A stretch of 64,000 nt of DNA from an uncultured Chloroflexia bacterium (GCA_963829295.1 CAWHHU010000003.1:242447-306446); one strand, 5' to 3'. Positions 49,705 through 59,821 are shown, counted from the first letter of the stretch. Notes: a model not told the origin generated them from the sequence alone. Numbers and translations are program-made.

Positions 49705-50880
49705 CTACGAATCTCCGGCGAGCAGGTGGAGCGACGACAGCGCGCGGACGTCGCCGCGCGGTTTCCACGTTGGCGGACGCTCGGGATCGACCCGGAACGC
49801 CGGGAACAGCTCGGCGAAGCGCTCGATCATGATCGTGAGCTCGAGCCGGGCGAGGTTCGCACCCAGGCACAGATGACGGCCGTGGCCGAACGCGACGTGG
49901 CGGTTCGGGTGACGGTCGAGGATGCAGCGCTCGGGATGCTCGAAGGCGCGCGGGTCGTGGTTCGCCGAGCCGTAGGCGAGCAGGACGACATCGCCGGCCG
50001 GGATCGTCTGGCCGTGGAGCTCGAGGTCGTGCGCCGCGTTGCGGCCGAAGACCTGCACCGGCGACACGAAGCGCAGGAGCTCGTTGACGGCCGGGTGCAC
50101 GAGCCCTTCGGTGTCGGCGAACAGCTGCGCGCGCTGGTCCGGGTGCTGCGCGAGGTGCAGCAGGCTCATGCCCATTGCGCCCGAGGTCGTCTCGTAGCCC
50201 GCGAGCAGCATCAGGATCCCGAACTGGCGAACCTCGAGATCGGACAGGCGGTGGCCCTCGACCTCTGCCTCGAGCAGCATCCCAAGGAAGTCGTCGCGCG
50301 CCTCCTGCCGGCGCTCCGCGATGCGCGCGTCGATGTAGGCTTCCGCGTCGCGCACCGCCCCGGCCTGATCGCCCCGGTCGCGTAGCGCATTCGAGTACAT
50401 CCGCTCCACCCAGTTGAACCAGCGATCCTGGTCCTCCTTCGGGAAGCTCATCAGCAGCGCCAGCGAGCCAAGCGACATGGGGTGGGCAAACTCGGCCATG
50501 ACGTCGCCGCCGCCCTTGCGCGCAAACGGCTCGAGCAGCCTCGTCGCAAGCGCCTCGAGGTCGGGGCGCATGGCGTCGATGCGCGGCTTGGCGAACACCG
50601 AGTTGACGAGCGCGCGATACCGGGTGTGCTCGGGCGGGTCCAGCTCGATCGGGAGCAGCGGATCGGTGCGCGGTTGCGTGGGCGGGATGAGCGTCGTGCC
50701 GGCGACGGCCGACGTGAACGCCTCGTGATCGAGCGCCGCGGCGATCACGTCGTCATAGCGCGTGAGCACCCAGAATCCGCCATACAGGTCCGAGTGCACG
50801 AGCGGATGGTCCTCCCGCATCGGGCCGAAGACGCTCTCGGGATCCCTGACGAATTGTGGGTCGTGGTGGTCGAAGCTCAT
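49705..50880 (-). CDS. cytochrome P450
   Basis: LDPPEH, AGYETT I-helix, ELLR, SANHD, FGHGRHLCLG heme motif. Confidence 0.96.
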   Translation of the reverse strand: MSFDHHDPQFVRDPESVFGPMREDHPLVHSDLYGGFWVLTRYDDVIAAALDHEAFTSAVAGTTLIPPTQPRTDPLLPIELDPPEHTRYRALVNSVFAKPRIDAMRPDLEALATRLLEPFARKGGGDVMAEFAHPMSLGSLALLMSFPKEDQDRWFNWVERMYSNALRDRGDQAGAVRDAEAYIDARIAERRQEARDDFLGMLLEAEVEGHRLSDLEVRQFGILMLLAGYETTSGAMGMSLLHLAQHPDQRAQLFADTEGLVHPAVNELLRFVSPVQVFGRNAAHDLELHGQTIPAGDVVLLAYGSANHDPRAFEHPERCILDRHPNRHVAFGHGRHLCLGANLARLELTIMIERFAELFPAFRVDPERPPTWKPRGDVRALSSLHLLAGDS

Positions 50881-51064
50881 GCCGCGCCCGGCCGGATCGT
50901 GACGGCGCCCGCGGCCCGTGCGCGGGGGATGCTCTCGACGTTCATCGCACGCACCTCGTTCGGGTCCGGGCATCGTACCGCGGCCGGGGGGCTCAGCCTC
51001 AACAGGCACGCGGAGACAACCGTAGGCCGGCGGGCCCCCGTGTGGCTGCACCCGGCCGGCCGGC

Positions 51065-52315
51065 TCAGGTGGCCGCTCGACGGCCCACGAGAAACCATGT
51101 CTGGACGTCGCCCTTGCCCTTGATCGGCACCGTGCCGCGCGCCTCCAGCTCGAATTCGTCCCGCAGCAGCTCGTAGGTGGCCCGCGTGACCTGGATCTGC
51201 CCGGGCGTGCCGTGGGACTCCATGCGGCTCGCCATGTTCACCGCATCACCCCACAGGTCGTACAGGAAGCGCTTGCGTCCGATGATGCCGGCGACGACCG
51301 GGCCCGAGCTGATCCCGATCCGAAGCTCGAGCCCCAGGTGACCCACGGCGTCGGCCGATTGCATGGCATCGCGCATGTCGAGCGCAATGAGCGCCATCGC
51401 CCGGGCGTGGTCCGGGCGAGGCGCCGGCACCCCTGCGGCAACCATGTACGCGTCGCCGATCGTCTTGATCTTCTCGACGCCGTAGCGCTCCGCCAGCAGG
51501 TCGAAATGCGTGAACAGGTGATCGAGGATGCCGACCACCTCGGCCGGCTCGAGGCGGTCCGACAGCGGGGTGAAGTCGACGACATCGGCGAACAGGATCG
51601 ACGCGGCGGCGAACTGGTCCGCGATCGTGCCGGCCTCGGCCTTGAGCCGGTCGGCGATCGAGCGGGGCAGGATGTTGAGCAGCAGGTTCTCGGCCCGATC
51701 CTGCTCGGTGCGCAGCGCGACGAGAGCCGCCTCGCGCTGGCGAACGAACTGCGCGAGGAGCACGAACACGACCGCGCCCGCGACGGTCACATTGAGCGCG
51801 ATCATCGTGCTCTGGAACCAAGCGGGGAGCGGGGACCGGCCACCTGCGGCGAGCTCGCCAACGATCCCGGACGCGAGGAACACGGCGACGAACGCCACGA
51901 ACCAACGGAGACCCGCCCGCCAGCCCTGGAACACGAGGGCACCGAGCGGGGCCAGGATGCCCCACAGGCCGACGGCGCCAGACGCGGTGAAGCCACCCAC
52001 GAAGGCTGGCGAGATGGTCGGGGCGAGCAGGATGTCGAGCAGCTCCACCCGGAGCAGCCAGTCCGTATCGCGGGTGCGGGAGAAGATCGCGATCGCGGTG
52101 GCGGACACGAGCAGGTAGAGCCAGGCGATCACGCCCGCGGTGGCCCCGAACGCGAGGTAGATGGCTCCCCAGATGAGCGAGATGGGCAGGATCAGGATGC
52201 TGACGAGGACGAGCAGTGCCTTGCGCAGCCGGACCTCGTCACCATCGACCGGATCGGTGCCGATCGTGGTGGCCCAATCGAACAGTGGCTGAGCCATTCG
52301 CCCGATCCTGTCCAT
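51065..52315 (-). CDS. membrane-bound class III adenylate cyclase
   Basis: TM region; LLLNILP, FADVVDFT, KTIGDAYM, YDLWGDAVNMASR, KGKG. Confidence 0.93.
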   Translation of the reverse strand: MDRIGRMAQPLFDWATTIGTDPVDGDEVRLRKALLVLVSILILPISLIWGAIYLAFGATAGVIAWLYLLVSATAIAIFSRTRDTDWLLRVELLDILLAPTISPAFVGGFTASGAVGLWGILAPLGALVFQGWRAGLRWFVAFVAVFLASGIVGELAAGGRSPLPAWFQSTMIALNVTVAGAVVFVLLAQFVRQREAALVALRTEQDRAENLLLNILPRSIADRLKAEAGTIADQFAAASILFADVVDFTPLSDRLEPAEVVGILDHLFTHFDLLAERYGVEKIKTIGDAYMVAAGVPAPRPDHARAMALIALDMRDAMQSADAVGHLGLELRIGISSGPVVAGIIGRKRFLYDLWGDAVNMASRMESHGTPGQIQVTRATYELLRDEFELEARGTVPIKGKGDVQTWFLVGRRAAT

Positions 52316-52384
52316 GGCCCAGAGCGTAACCGACCGGTCCTTGCCGCTGGCGGACGTCGCGGGACGCCGCACCGGCGATGGCCA

Positions 52385-53056
52385 TCATGCCGGGATCGCG
52401 GGATCCGGCTCATGGGCGCCGTCGGGCCAGGCGGCGATGCAGACCTTGTTGCCGGCGCGGTCCGCGAGGATCCAGGCGCCGGGCGCCGCCGACGCATCGG
52501 CGATGCGGCCGCCCGCGGCGAGCGCGGCTTCGAGGCGCGCCTCGATCTGCTCACGGGCGACGGACACATCGACATGCATCGCGTGCCGGAGCGGCTTGAC
52601 GTTGTCGAGCTCCTGCATCCAGACCGTGGACCCATGTCCGAGCGGGTCGACCGCGCTGTCGTCGGCGCGCGGCGCGTAGCCCAGGACCGCCCGCCAGAAG
52701 CCCAGATCGATGGCGTCGGGCTTCGCCGCGATCGCGACCTGCACCTCCTGCACCGCGCTCCGGTCGGCGACGGCGCCCCTTGAGCGCGCGACCGCCGAGA
52801 CGCCGCGCGCGAGCTCCGCGTGCAGCGGCTCCAGCTGCTCGAGCCCGCGGGTCAGTCGCACGCTGACCCGACCGGAGGTGATCGTCATCAAGGCCGCGGA
52901 CTCACCCAGGCGGGGTACGTGCGAGATCGCCTCGGCCAGCGCAGCCGCCTCCCCGAGCGACCCGACGCGGAAGACGGCCGTCGCGCCGCCGTGCAGCACG
53001 ACCCAGTCCTCGACGCCCTCAGCGACGAGGAACGACCTCCAGCCCTGCTGGCTCAT
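52385..53056 (-). CDS. pterin dehydratase-like / VOC fusion protein
   Basis: GVEDWVVL, FWRAVLGY, WMQ, HVDV, LAAGG, LAD..GN; GAGGAGG RBS. Confidence 0.8.
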   Translation of the reverse strand: MSQQGWRSFLVAEGVEDWVVLHGGATAVFRVGSLGEAAALAEAISHVPRLGESAALMTITSGRVSVRLTRGLEQLEPLHAELARGVSAVARSRGAVADRSAVQEVQVAIAAKPDAIDLGFWRAVLGYAPRADDSAVDPLGHGSTVWMQELDNVKPLRHAMHVDVSVAREQIEARLEAALAAGGRIADASAAPGAWILADRAGNKVCIAAWPDGAHEPDPAIPA

Positions 53057-53255
53057 CGAGAACCTCCTCGGGAACGGCGACCTCGATCGACCCGAGCCGT
53101 GATCCGTTCGCACACATCGTCGACGACGCGACGATACGAGGGAGCCGATGCTCGCCCACAGTGGGCGCCGGAGTGGTAGCCGACGGATCGTGACCCTCCT
53201 GGCCCTCCTCGTGATCGGCTGCTCGGTGCGGCTATGAGCGAAGGAGGCAAGTAAC

Positions 53256-53687
53256 ATGGCCCAAATGAACAGCGAGACCAACAAGGAGCTCGTTCGCCGC
53301 TTCATCAAGGGGGTCTTCCAGGACCTCAACGCCCAGGCCGTCGATGACCTTGTCGCAGACGACTTCGTTTCCCACACCTGGGGCCTGAAGGGCGATGCCA
53401 GGCAGGCGCTCAAGCAGGTCACCTCGGGCATGGCCGGCGCGCTGTCAGACATCGAGTTCGAGATCGAGGATCTGATCGCCGAGGCCGACAAGGTGGCGGT
53501 GCGACTGACCTCCTCAGCGACCCAGACGGGCGAGTTCCACGGGCTGCCAGCCAGCGGCCGGCGCTACTCGATCGGTGAGATCCACATCTTCCGCGTCCAG
53601 GACGACCGAATCATCGAGCACTGGCACCAGTACGACCTGCCCGGTCTGATGCGCCAGCTTCGTCCCGACGCCGGGCAGGCCGGCTGA
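53256..53687 (+). CDS. SnoaL-like ester cyclase (NTF2 fold)
   Basis: NKELVRRF, IAEADKVAVR, GEFHGLPASGR, EHW; AAGGAGG RBS. Confidence 0.9.
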   Translation: MAQMNSETNKELVRRFIKGVFQDLNAQAVDDLVADDFVSHTWGLKGDARQALKQVTSGMAGALSDIEFEIEDLIAEADKVAVRLTSSATQTGEFHGLPASGRRYSIGEIHIFRVQDDRIIEHWHQYDLPGLMRQLRPDAGQAG

Positions 53688-53742
53688 GGCCGACGTCGGA
53701 GCGACGTCGCCTCCTGTCCTGCATCCCGGCTTCAGCCCGTCA

Positions 53743-56145
53743 TCACGGCGTGAAGTCGAGAACCTGCGGATCGTGGTCGCTTACCTGATTGTGGTATTCC
53801 GCATTCACGTGCACGACCTGGTACTGGACCCCCTTGACCGTCTGCGCGGCCAGGATGTGGTCGAGCACCTGCGACACGCCGTTGTAGATGTACGTGTAAC
53901 GCTGGTTCACCGGCAGCGTCGTGATGAGGTCCGTCAGGATCGACGGGCCGGAGCCGTCGGCGGTCCCGGTTCGCAGCGCTGTGAGCGCGGGACTGAACTG
54001 GTAGTCGTTGAGGTCGCCGACGACGACCACCTCGGTTCGCTTGTCCGCCGCGAGGAGTCTGGCCACGAAGTCGTGCAGCACCTGCGCCTGCCCCGCCCGC
54101 TGGATCGCGGACGACTGGGCCGGGTACTGGAACCGGCCGTCGGCGTTCTGGTCGCCGCCCTTCGAGTCGAAGTGGTTGGCGATCACGAAGACCCGCTGCT
54201 TCTTGAACGTGAACATCCCGGCGAGGGGCTTGCGGCTGTCCGTCCAGACCGGGTTCGTCGGGTCGACGAGGCCGGGGGACAGGGTGAGAGCGACGCCGTG
54301 GGCGTAGGTGACCTGCGTCCCCGTCGTCGACCGGTCGATGTTCGACCCACCGGCATCCAGGAACCCGACGCGTGCCGGGTTGAACAGGAACGCGACCCGG
54401 ATGTTGCCGCCGGGCTGTCCGCCGTCGGCGTCGTTCACCGGGTTGACCTGCCGCCACTGGTAGGACGGGCCACCGGCCGCGGTGACCGCGGCGGTCAGCT
54501 TGGCCAGCGTCTGGTCAGCGGCGACCACGCCGTCGTCGGTGGCGCCGCTGTTGTCCTGGATCTCCTCGAGGGCAACGATGTCCGGCGACGCGAGGCGCGT
54601 GACGATGCCCTGCGCCAGCGCGCTGTACTTGGCGGAGGGGTCTGACGGCGCCAGGTTCTTGACGTTGTAGGTCGCGATGGATAGCTGGCTGCTCGTGCCC
54701 GCGGTCGCGGTGACCGGGGCGAGGTGGTTGTGCTGGATCGTGCCGAGCGTCGCTGCCTCGAGCACGTAACCCCCGAAGCTCGACCAGTCGAGCGGCCCGA
54801 CGGTCGCGCCCTGGAGGACGTCGCCGACGTCGAGGTCGAGCGTCGAGCCGTCGGGCGTCGCGATCTCCAGGCGACCGGCCGGGATCTGGTTCTCGCCCAG
54901 CAGCTCGACGCCGCCGCGATAGGTGGCAGCGTCCGTGGGCTTGGTCGTGACGTACTGCTCGCCGAACGTATTCGACGGCCCGACCACCCGGGCGTTGTCG
55001 ACCTCGACCCGCATGCCTTCGATCGACTCGTAGAAGTCGAGCGCGGAGCGTGCCGGCGTGATGGAGGTCGACTCGATATTCCCGCCAGCGAGGTCGGGTG
55101 CATACGGATCGGGCACCGTATCCGGGCCGAGGACGATGGGGGCGGGCAGGGGATTGCCGCTCGAGAGGACGGTGATCTGCGGGCTGCCGATCTCGGTGAC
55201 CGAGAGGTTGGACGTCGTGCTGACGGTGTCGCCGCCCGAGAGCGGGTAGTAGTCGCTGACCTTGCCGGACACGAGCACCGAGTCACCGACGGCGACCGTT
55301 GGCGCCGAGCTCGTGAAGACGAAGATGCCCTCGCTGGTGACCGGGTTGGCGTCGGGGTTGGGGTCCTGCATCCAGAAGCCCCGGCTCGAGCCGGTCCGCA
55401 GCGCGGTCACGATCCCCGGCACGTCCGTGACCGAGCCGCCGGCGTCCGGCGAGACCCAGGATGTGCCCTGGATGTCATGGATGCGCAGCGGTCCGGGCTC
55501 GCCGCCGCCGCCACCACCGGTCCCCGAGTTCTGCGGGTCCGGTGTGCCGGCCGTGAAGTCGGCCGCGTTGTCGTCGGTGTCCGCGCCGCTGGCCGCCCGC
55601 GCAACGGACGTGGTGTTGCTCGCCGCCGGCGCAGCGCCCGTCCCCTCGAAGATCGCCGCGCTCCCGTAGCCGACGAGGTCGACGACGGAGGCGTTCGTGG
55701 GGCAGTCGACGCCGCAGGTGAGGGCGGCCGTGCCGTTGACCAGGGCGACCGTGCCGTTTGTCGCGCTCATCGCGATCGAGCCAGAGGCGTCTGGGGTGGG
55801 CAACGACACCGTGCCCCCGCTGCCGGCGGCTTCCTGGACGAGCCAGTGCCCGCTGGCCGGGATGCTGCCGGTCAGGGTGGTGACCTGCCAGCTGCCGGCC
55901 GTGCCAGAGGAGGAGTGGTACTGGACCGAGTAGCCGCTCAGGTCGACGGCGGTGCCGGTGACGTTCTGGAGCTCGATGAAGTCGTTGGTGAGGGTGGCGC
56001 CGCTGTTGCCGCCACCGCCGTAGACCTCGCTGATGACGAGGGTGGTGGATGGGGTGGCTGCTGCCGGGGTGACGACGGCCGTCGCCCCCAGCATGGCTAC
56101 GGCGAGGGCTATCGTGAACGGAGCGCGGAGTCGAGTGGGACGCAC
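53743..56145 (-). CDS. secreted lamin-tail-domain + OB-fold + EEP endonuclease (ExeM/YhcR-like)
   Basis: Signal peptide; ISEVYGGGGN, IHDIQG, SEGIFV, ESIEGMRV, SRKPL, NHF, GDLND, LDHIL, SDHDP. Confidence 0.92.
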   Translation of the reverse strand: MRPTRLRAPFTIALAVAMLGATAVVTPAAATPSTTLVISEVYGGGGNSGATLTNDFIELQNVTGTAVDLSGYSVQYHSSSGTAGSWQVTTLTGSIPASGHWLVQEAAGSGGTVSLPTPDASGSIAMSATNGTVALVNGTAALTCGVDCPTNASVVDLVGYGSAAIFEGTGAAPAASNTTSVARAASGADTDDNAADFTAGTPDPQNSGTGGGGGGEPGPLRIHDIQGTSWVSPDAGGSVTDVPGIVTALRTGSSRGFWMQDPNPDANPVTSEGIFVFTSSAPTVAVGDSVLVSGKVSDYYPLSGGDTVSTTSNLSVTEIGSPQITVLSSGNPLPAPIVLGPDTVPDPYAPDLAGGNIESTSITPARSALDFYESIEGMRVEVDNARVVGPSNTFGEQYVTTKPTDAATYRGGVELLGENQIPAGRLEIATPDGSTLDLDVGDVLQGATVGPLDWSSFGGYVLEAATLGTIQHNHLAPVTATAGTSSQLSIATYNVKNLAPSDPSAKYSALAQGIVTRLASPDIVALEEIQDNSGATDDGVVAADQTLAKLTAAVTAAGGPSYQWRQVNPVNDADGGQPGGNIRVAFLFNPARVGFLDAGGSNIDRSTTGTQVTYAHGVALTLSPGLVDPTNPVWTDSRKPLAGMFTFKKQRVFVIANHFDSKGGDQNADGRFQYPAQSSAIQRAGQAQVLHDFVARLLAADKRTEVVVVGDLNDYQFSPALTALRTGTADGSGPSILTDLITTLPVNQRYTYIYNGVSQVLDHILAAQTVKGVQYQVVHVNAEYHNQVSDHDPQVLDFTP

Positions 56146-56219
56146 GGCGGATCCTCCGTAGGTGGTGCGTGACCAACCATGCCACAACCCCTTGAGAAAG
56201 GTTCTGATCCGGCCGGTTA

Positions 56220-57504
56220 GGGCCCGTCAGGAAACGACAGCGTCAGCCAGCGGTAGCCGCTGGCGCGGGATGAGCGTGTAGTTCCAGTCGCCGTGGAAGG
56301 CGTCGCGCTGGAGATAGAGGGTCTCCATCTCGGCGTCGCCCACCTTGACGCCCTTGGGGTAGCTCCCGGTGTCGAGCGCGCTGCGGACCCGCAGCCCGGT
56401 GCGGGTGGTGGTCGCCGCGATGAGCTTGACGATCGCCTCGTGGGACACGAGCGGCTTGCCCCGCCAGTTCATGGTGATCGCACTGAACAGCCGGTGCTCG
56501 ATCTTGTTCCACTTGCTGGTGCCGGGCGGGAAGTGGCAGACGGCGATCTCCATGCCCGTCTCGTCGGCGAGCCGCTGGAGCTCGGCCTTCCAGAGCCGGA
56601 GACGGGAGCCGTTGCTGCCCCCGGCGTCGGCGGTGACGAGCAGCCGCTTGGCGTCGGGATAGAGCGGAGCGCCCATGGTCGTCCACCAGCGCCGGATGCT
56701 CTCCACGGCGAAGGCCGCCGTGTCGTGGTCGGTGCCCACGCTCACCCAGGCCTCGTTGGCGGCGAGGTCATACACGCCGTACGGGCTCACTCGACCGTGA
56801 TCCGCGTCATCGATCGCGAAGTCGTGCATCAGCACCCGCTCGGGCTCGCCCGCCGGGCGGAGCTCCCGGCCGCCGTTGCGGAACGGCCCGACGAGCTCCT
56901 TCTTCTTGGTGTCGACGCTGATCACGGGCTCGCCCAGGCTGAGCTGCAGCTGGACCGCGGTGCTGATGTGCCGGAACTGGGCGTCCCGGTCGGGGTGGGC
57001 GGTGCCCTCGAGCACCTTGCTGTTGGCCTGGAGGCTGTAGCCCATCTTCCCGAGTTGCTCGGACACCGTCTGGTGGCTGACGGCATGGCCCAGTCGGCGG
57101 AGCTCGTCGGCGAGGTTCCGGACGCTCTTGATCGTCCAGCGCAGCGGGGACTCGGGATCACCCCGTGTGCCGGGTTCGATGAGCGCCTCGAGGTCACGGC
57201 GCAGGGTGGGGTCGCGCTGCTCGATCGGCGGTCGGCCGGCACCGGGCCGGCGGACCCGTCCCCCCTCGATCCGCTCGCCCGCCGCGACATCGGCCATTCC
57301 GCGCGCGACCGTCGTGCGCGCGAGACCGGTGGCCCGGGCGACCGCCGCGATCCCGCCCCGTCCGATGGCCAGCGCCTCGGCACCCGCGGTCAGCCGACGG
57401 GCCCGCTCGTCGATCAGCGGGGAGACCGCCAGGTACCGGGCTGCGATGGCTGTCTCATCGATCACCCACCTATCATACCACAGTGCTAATTACCTGACAA
57501 GCCC
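56220..57504 (-). mobile_element. ISAzo13-family insertion sequence (1285 bp)
   Basis: Imperfect IRs GGGCCCGTCAGGAAA and TTACCTGACAAGCCC (12/15); TTA duplicated at 56217-56219 and 57505-57507. Confidence 0.85.
56227..57465 (-). CDS. ISAzo13-family transposase
   Basis: GDPESPLRW, ISVDTKKKE, PYGVYD, DAGGSNG, PPGTSKWNKIEHRLF, WNY. Confidence 0.95.
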   Translation of the reverse strand: MIDETAIAARYLAVSPLIDERARRLTAGAEALAIGRGGIAAVARATGLARTTVARGMADVAAGERIEGGRVRRPGAGRPPIEQRDPTLRRDLEALIEPGTRGDPESPLRWTIKSVRNLADELRRLGHAVSHQTVSEQLGKMGYSLQANSKVLEGTAHPDRDAQFRHISTAVQLQLSLGEPVISVDTKKKELVGPFRNGGRELRPAGEPERVLMHDFAIDDADHGRVSPYGVYDLAANEAWVSVGTDHDTAAFAVESIRRWWTTMGAPLYPDAKRLLVTADAGGSNGSRLRLWKAELQRLADETGMEIAVCHFPPGTSKWNKIEHRLFSAITMNWRGKPLVSHEAIVKLIAATTTRTGLRVRSALDTGSYPKGVKVGDAEMETLYLQRDAFHGDWNYTLIPRQRLPLADAVVS

Positions 57505-57616
57505 TTAGCGCGTGGGCTGAAGGCGGGGAGGGCGTCGTGGATCCACCGACCGGTCCTGTGCGCCCCTGTGACCGCTGACGAGCTCGAGCTGACGCCTCAG
57601 ACGGCGACCTTCGCGG

Positions 57617-59215
57617 TCAGGGTGAGACCGCCGTGGCCAGCCACAGCGCATACGTCCCGGACCCGTAGCCCGACACCACGATGCGGTCCGGGAGCACCGT
57701 CGCGCCGGTGACGTACATGCCCTGCGAGTCACCGCCGTCGTAGCGACCGATCTTCGGCAGCGACGTCGACCCGGCGAACGACAGCCGCCTCCAGGTTGCA
57801 CCGTCCGTCGAGACCCACGCTGCCATCGTTTGCGAGCCCGGTGACTTGCGATCGAGGATGACGATGTGCCGGCCGTCCGATGCCAGGACGGTGGAGCCGA
57901 TCCCGGGGACCTGGTTCATCCCCTGGTCGATGGCGGGCAGCTCCGTGCCCAACCGGCCAACGACATGCCACGTCGCGCCGTCGGTCGAGGACCATCCGCT
58001 CGAGGTCGCGTCGCCGGCGATGGGGGAGCCTGCGCCGATCGCAAACAGGCCATCCGCGCCGACCTCGACGTCGCTCAGCTCCCCGCCTTCGATCTCGATC
58101 CCGTCGACCTCACCCACCGTCCAGTGGACGCCATCCGCCGAGACCCAGGCGGCGGGCCGGCCCAGGCCTAGGGGGTAGGGGCCGTCCACCACATCGGTAG
58201 CCGGATCCCGCACACCATCCCGCCCGACGATGACGAACCCACCGGGGAACGCGGCGGCGTCGTTGAACACCGCGTGGTCGAAGCCTTGAGACAGGTCGGC
58301 CTGCTCCCATGCCACACCATCATCCGAATGGAACACGAGCGGGACCGCCGGCGGCGACTTCTGGCCCGGCTCACCCACGCCCTGGCCCTTGTAGCCGACC
58401 GCGATGATCCCGGCGTCGCCCGCGACCATCCACATCGGGGCACCGGCATTGGACCAGCCGGCGTGCCAGCTCGGGCTGTCGACGGGCGTCCAGCGCGACC
58501 CGTTGGTGGACGTCCACAGGTCCGGCGAGAAGTCCGGCGTCGGACAGGCCGTGTCGGCCGGGCAGTCCACGCCGCCGCCATCGCCCGTGGCCAACAGCCG
58601 GCCACCGACCACGAACACGTGCGTCATGAGCTCACCCGATCGCTGGAGATCAGCCGTGTGGACGACCGTCCAGGTGAGCCCGTCCGGTGAGGTCAGAAAG
58701 GCAGCCCGCACCGTGGGCTGGTGGCTGACACCGGTCTCGCCGACGGCGACGTACCCCTCGCCCCAGGGTGCGATGTCCTCGATCCGAAGCCCATCCTGGG
58801 TGGGCGGCACCACCGGATCCGACCACGAGAGGCCGGTCCAGCCGCTCGGCGGCGAGGTGGTCGGTGGCGCCTCGCTCGGGGTCGGGCTCGGCGTCGGGCT
58901 GGGCGTCGGCCTCGGCGACTCGCTTGGCGTCGGGCTCTCGCTCGGGGCCGGGGCGCTGGAGGTCGGCTGGGGCGAAGGCGTCGAGTTGACACCCAGGATC
59001 GGACCCTGCAGGAAATTCCAGCCGAGGACGGCGACGACGGCCACGACGACCGCAGCCGCGCCCAGCTGCACCAGCGGCGCAAACCACGCGCGACGGCCCG
59101 CCGTCGGGGCGTTGGTGATGGCGCGCAGGCGATATCGAAGGGAGGCGGGCGCCCCGTCGCCGGCGATCTCATGGAGGACGGCGGTCAGGTCGCGATCGAA
59201 GCGCTCGTCGGTCAT
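57617..59215 (-). CDS. putative anti-sigma / membrane sensor with Pro-Ser-Thr linker and BNR-like propeller
   Basis: ATGA overlap with the ECF gene; TM, (SPTP)n linker, repeated SxDGxxW Asp-box motifs. Confidence 0.72.
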   Translation of the reverse strand: MTDERFDRDLTAVLHEIAGDGAPASLRYRLRAITNAPTAGRRAWFAPLVQLGAAAVVVAVVAVLGWNFLQGPILGVNSTPSPQPTSSAPAPSESPTPSESPRPTPSPTPSPTPSEAPPTTSPPSGWTGLSWSDPVVPPTQDGLRIEDIAPWGEGYVAVGETGVSHQPTVRAAFLTSPDGLTWTVVHTADLQRSGELMTHVFVVGGRLLATGDGGGVDCPADTACPTPDFSPDLWTSTNGSRWTPVDSPSWHAGWSNAGAPMWMVAGDAGIIAVGYKGQGVGEPGQKSPPAVPLVFHSDDGVAWEQADLSQGFDHAVFNDAAAFPGGFVIVGRDGVRDPATDVVDGPYPLGLGRPAAWVSADGVHWTVGEVDGIEIEGGELSDVEVGADGLFAIGAGSPIAGDATSSGWSSTDGATWHVVGRLGTELPAIDQGMNQVPGIGSTVLASDGRHIVILDRKSPGSQTMAAWVSTDGATWRRLSFAGSTSLPKIGRYDGGDSQGMYVTGATVLPDRIVVSGYGSGTYALWLATAVSP

Positions 59216-59787
59216 CGGACCGCTCCCATGGGATCGCGCGCGGCGGCGTCGTAGGCAGCGCGCAGCTCGGCCAGGCCGTAGTGGAGTCGCGATTTGACCG
59301 TGCCCAACGGCATGTCGAGATGGGTAGCGATCTGGTCCGCCGTCAGCCCCTCCAGGTAGTGCAGGGCGATCACGGCCCGGTGCTCGGGCTTCAGCGAGCC
59401 CAGCGCCTCGCGCAGCGCGGCGCGTTCGACCGACGCCGCGAAGGGATCGGCAACGTCAGGAGGGGCCAGGGCGACGATCGGCGGGCGATGGCGCTGGTGG
59501 AGGCGGTCGCGGCAGACGTTGACCAGGATCCGTGAGAACCACGCCTGGAACCGCTCCGGGTCACGCAGCGAGGCGACGTGCTGCCATGCGCGGAGGGCCG
59601 CGTCGCTCACGGCATCCTCGGCTTCATCGCGATCGCCCAGGATCACGGCCGCGAGACGGAAGCTGCGATCAAGGGCGTCCTCGAGCAGGCGCGTGAACGC
59701 CTCCGCCCGGTCATCGGTCGACCCGCTCAGCATGGCGCCGATGTTGTTCACCCCGTCGTCCCCTGCGTGGATGTTGATCTCGATCAC
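59212..59787 (-). CDS. ECF RNA polymerase sigma factor
   Basis: AEDAVSDA, WFSRILVN, LHYLEGL, PLGTVKSRL; alternative start at 59733. Confidence 0.92.
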   Translation of the reverse strand: MIEINIHAGDDGVNNIGAMLSGSTDDRAEAFTRLLEDALDRSFRLAAVILGDRDEAEDAVSDAALRAWQHVASLRDPERFQAWFSRILVNVCRDRLHQRHRPPIVALAPPDVADPFAASVERAALREALGSLKPEHRAVIALHYLEGLTADQIATHLDMPLGTVKSRLHYGLAELRAAYDAAARDPMGAVR

Positions 59788-59790
59788 AAC

Positions 59791-59821
59791 CTAGATGACC
59801 GGCATGCGGGCCGAATGGTTC
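59791..59821 (-). promoter_or_regulatory. putative ECF-type autoregulated promoter
   Basis: Minus strand GAACC-N17-GTCATCTAG a few nt before the GTG at 59787. Confidence 0.45.

Noticed and set aside
52385-53491. N-terminal extensions of the VOC protein and of the trypsin ORF (42293)
   Set aside because: They overlap the SnoaL and SARP genes; better RBS-linked starts exist at 53056 and 42794
53686-53713. Hairpin between convergent SnoaL and nuclease genes as a terminator
   Set aside because: Plausible stem but no U-tract; insufficient support
58870-58950. GTCGGGCTCG-like repeats
   Set aside because: They encode the Ser/Pro/Thr linker of the membrane protein
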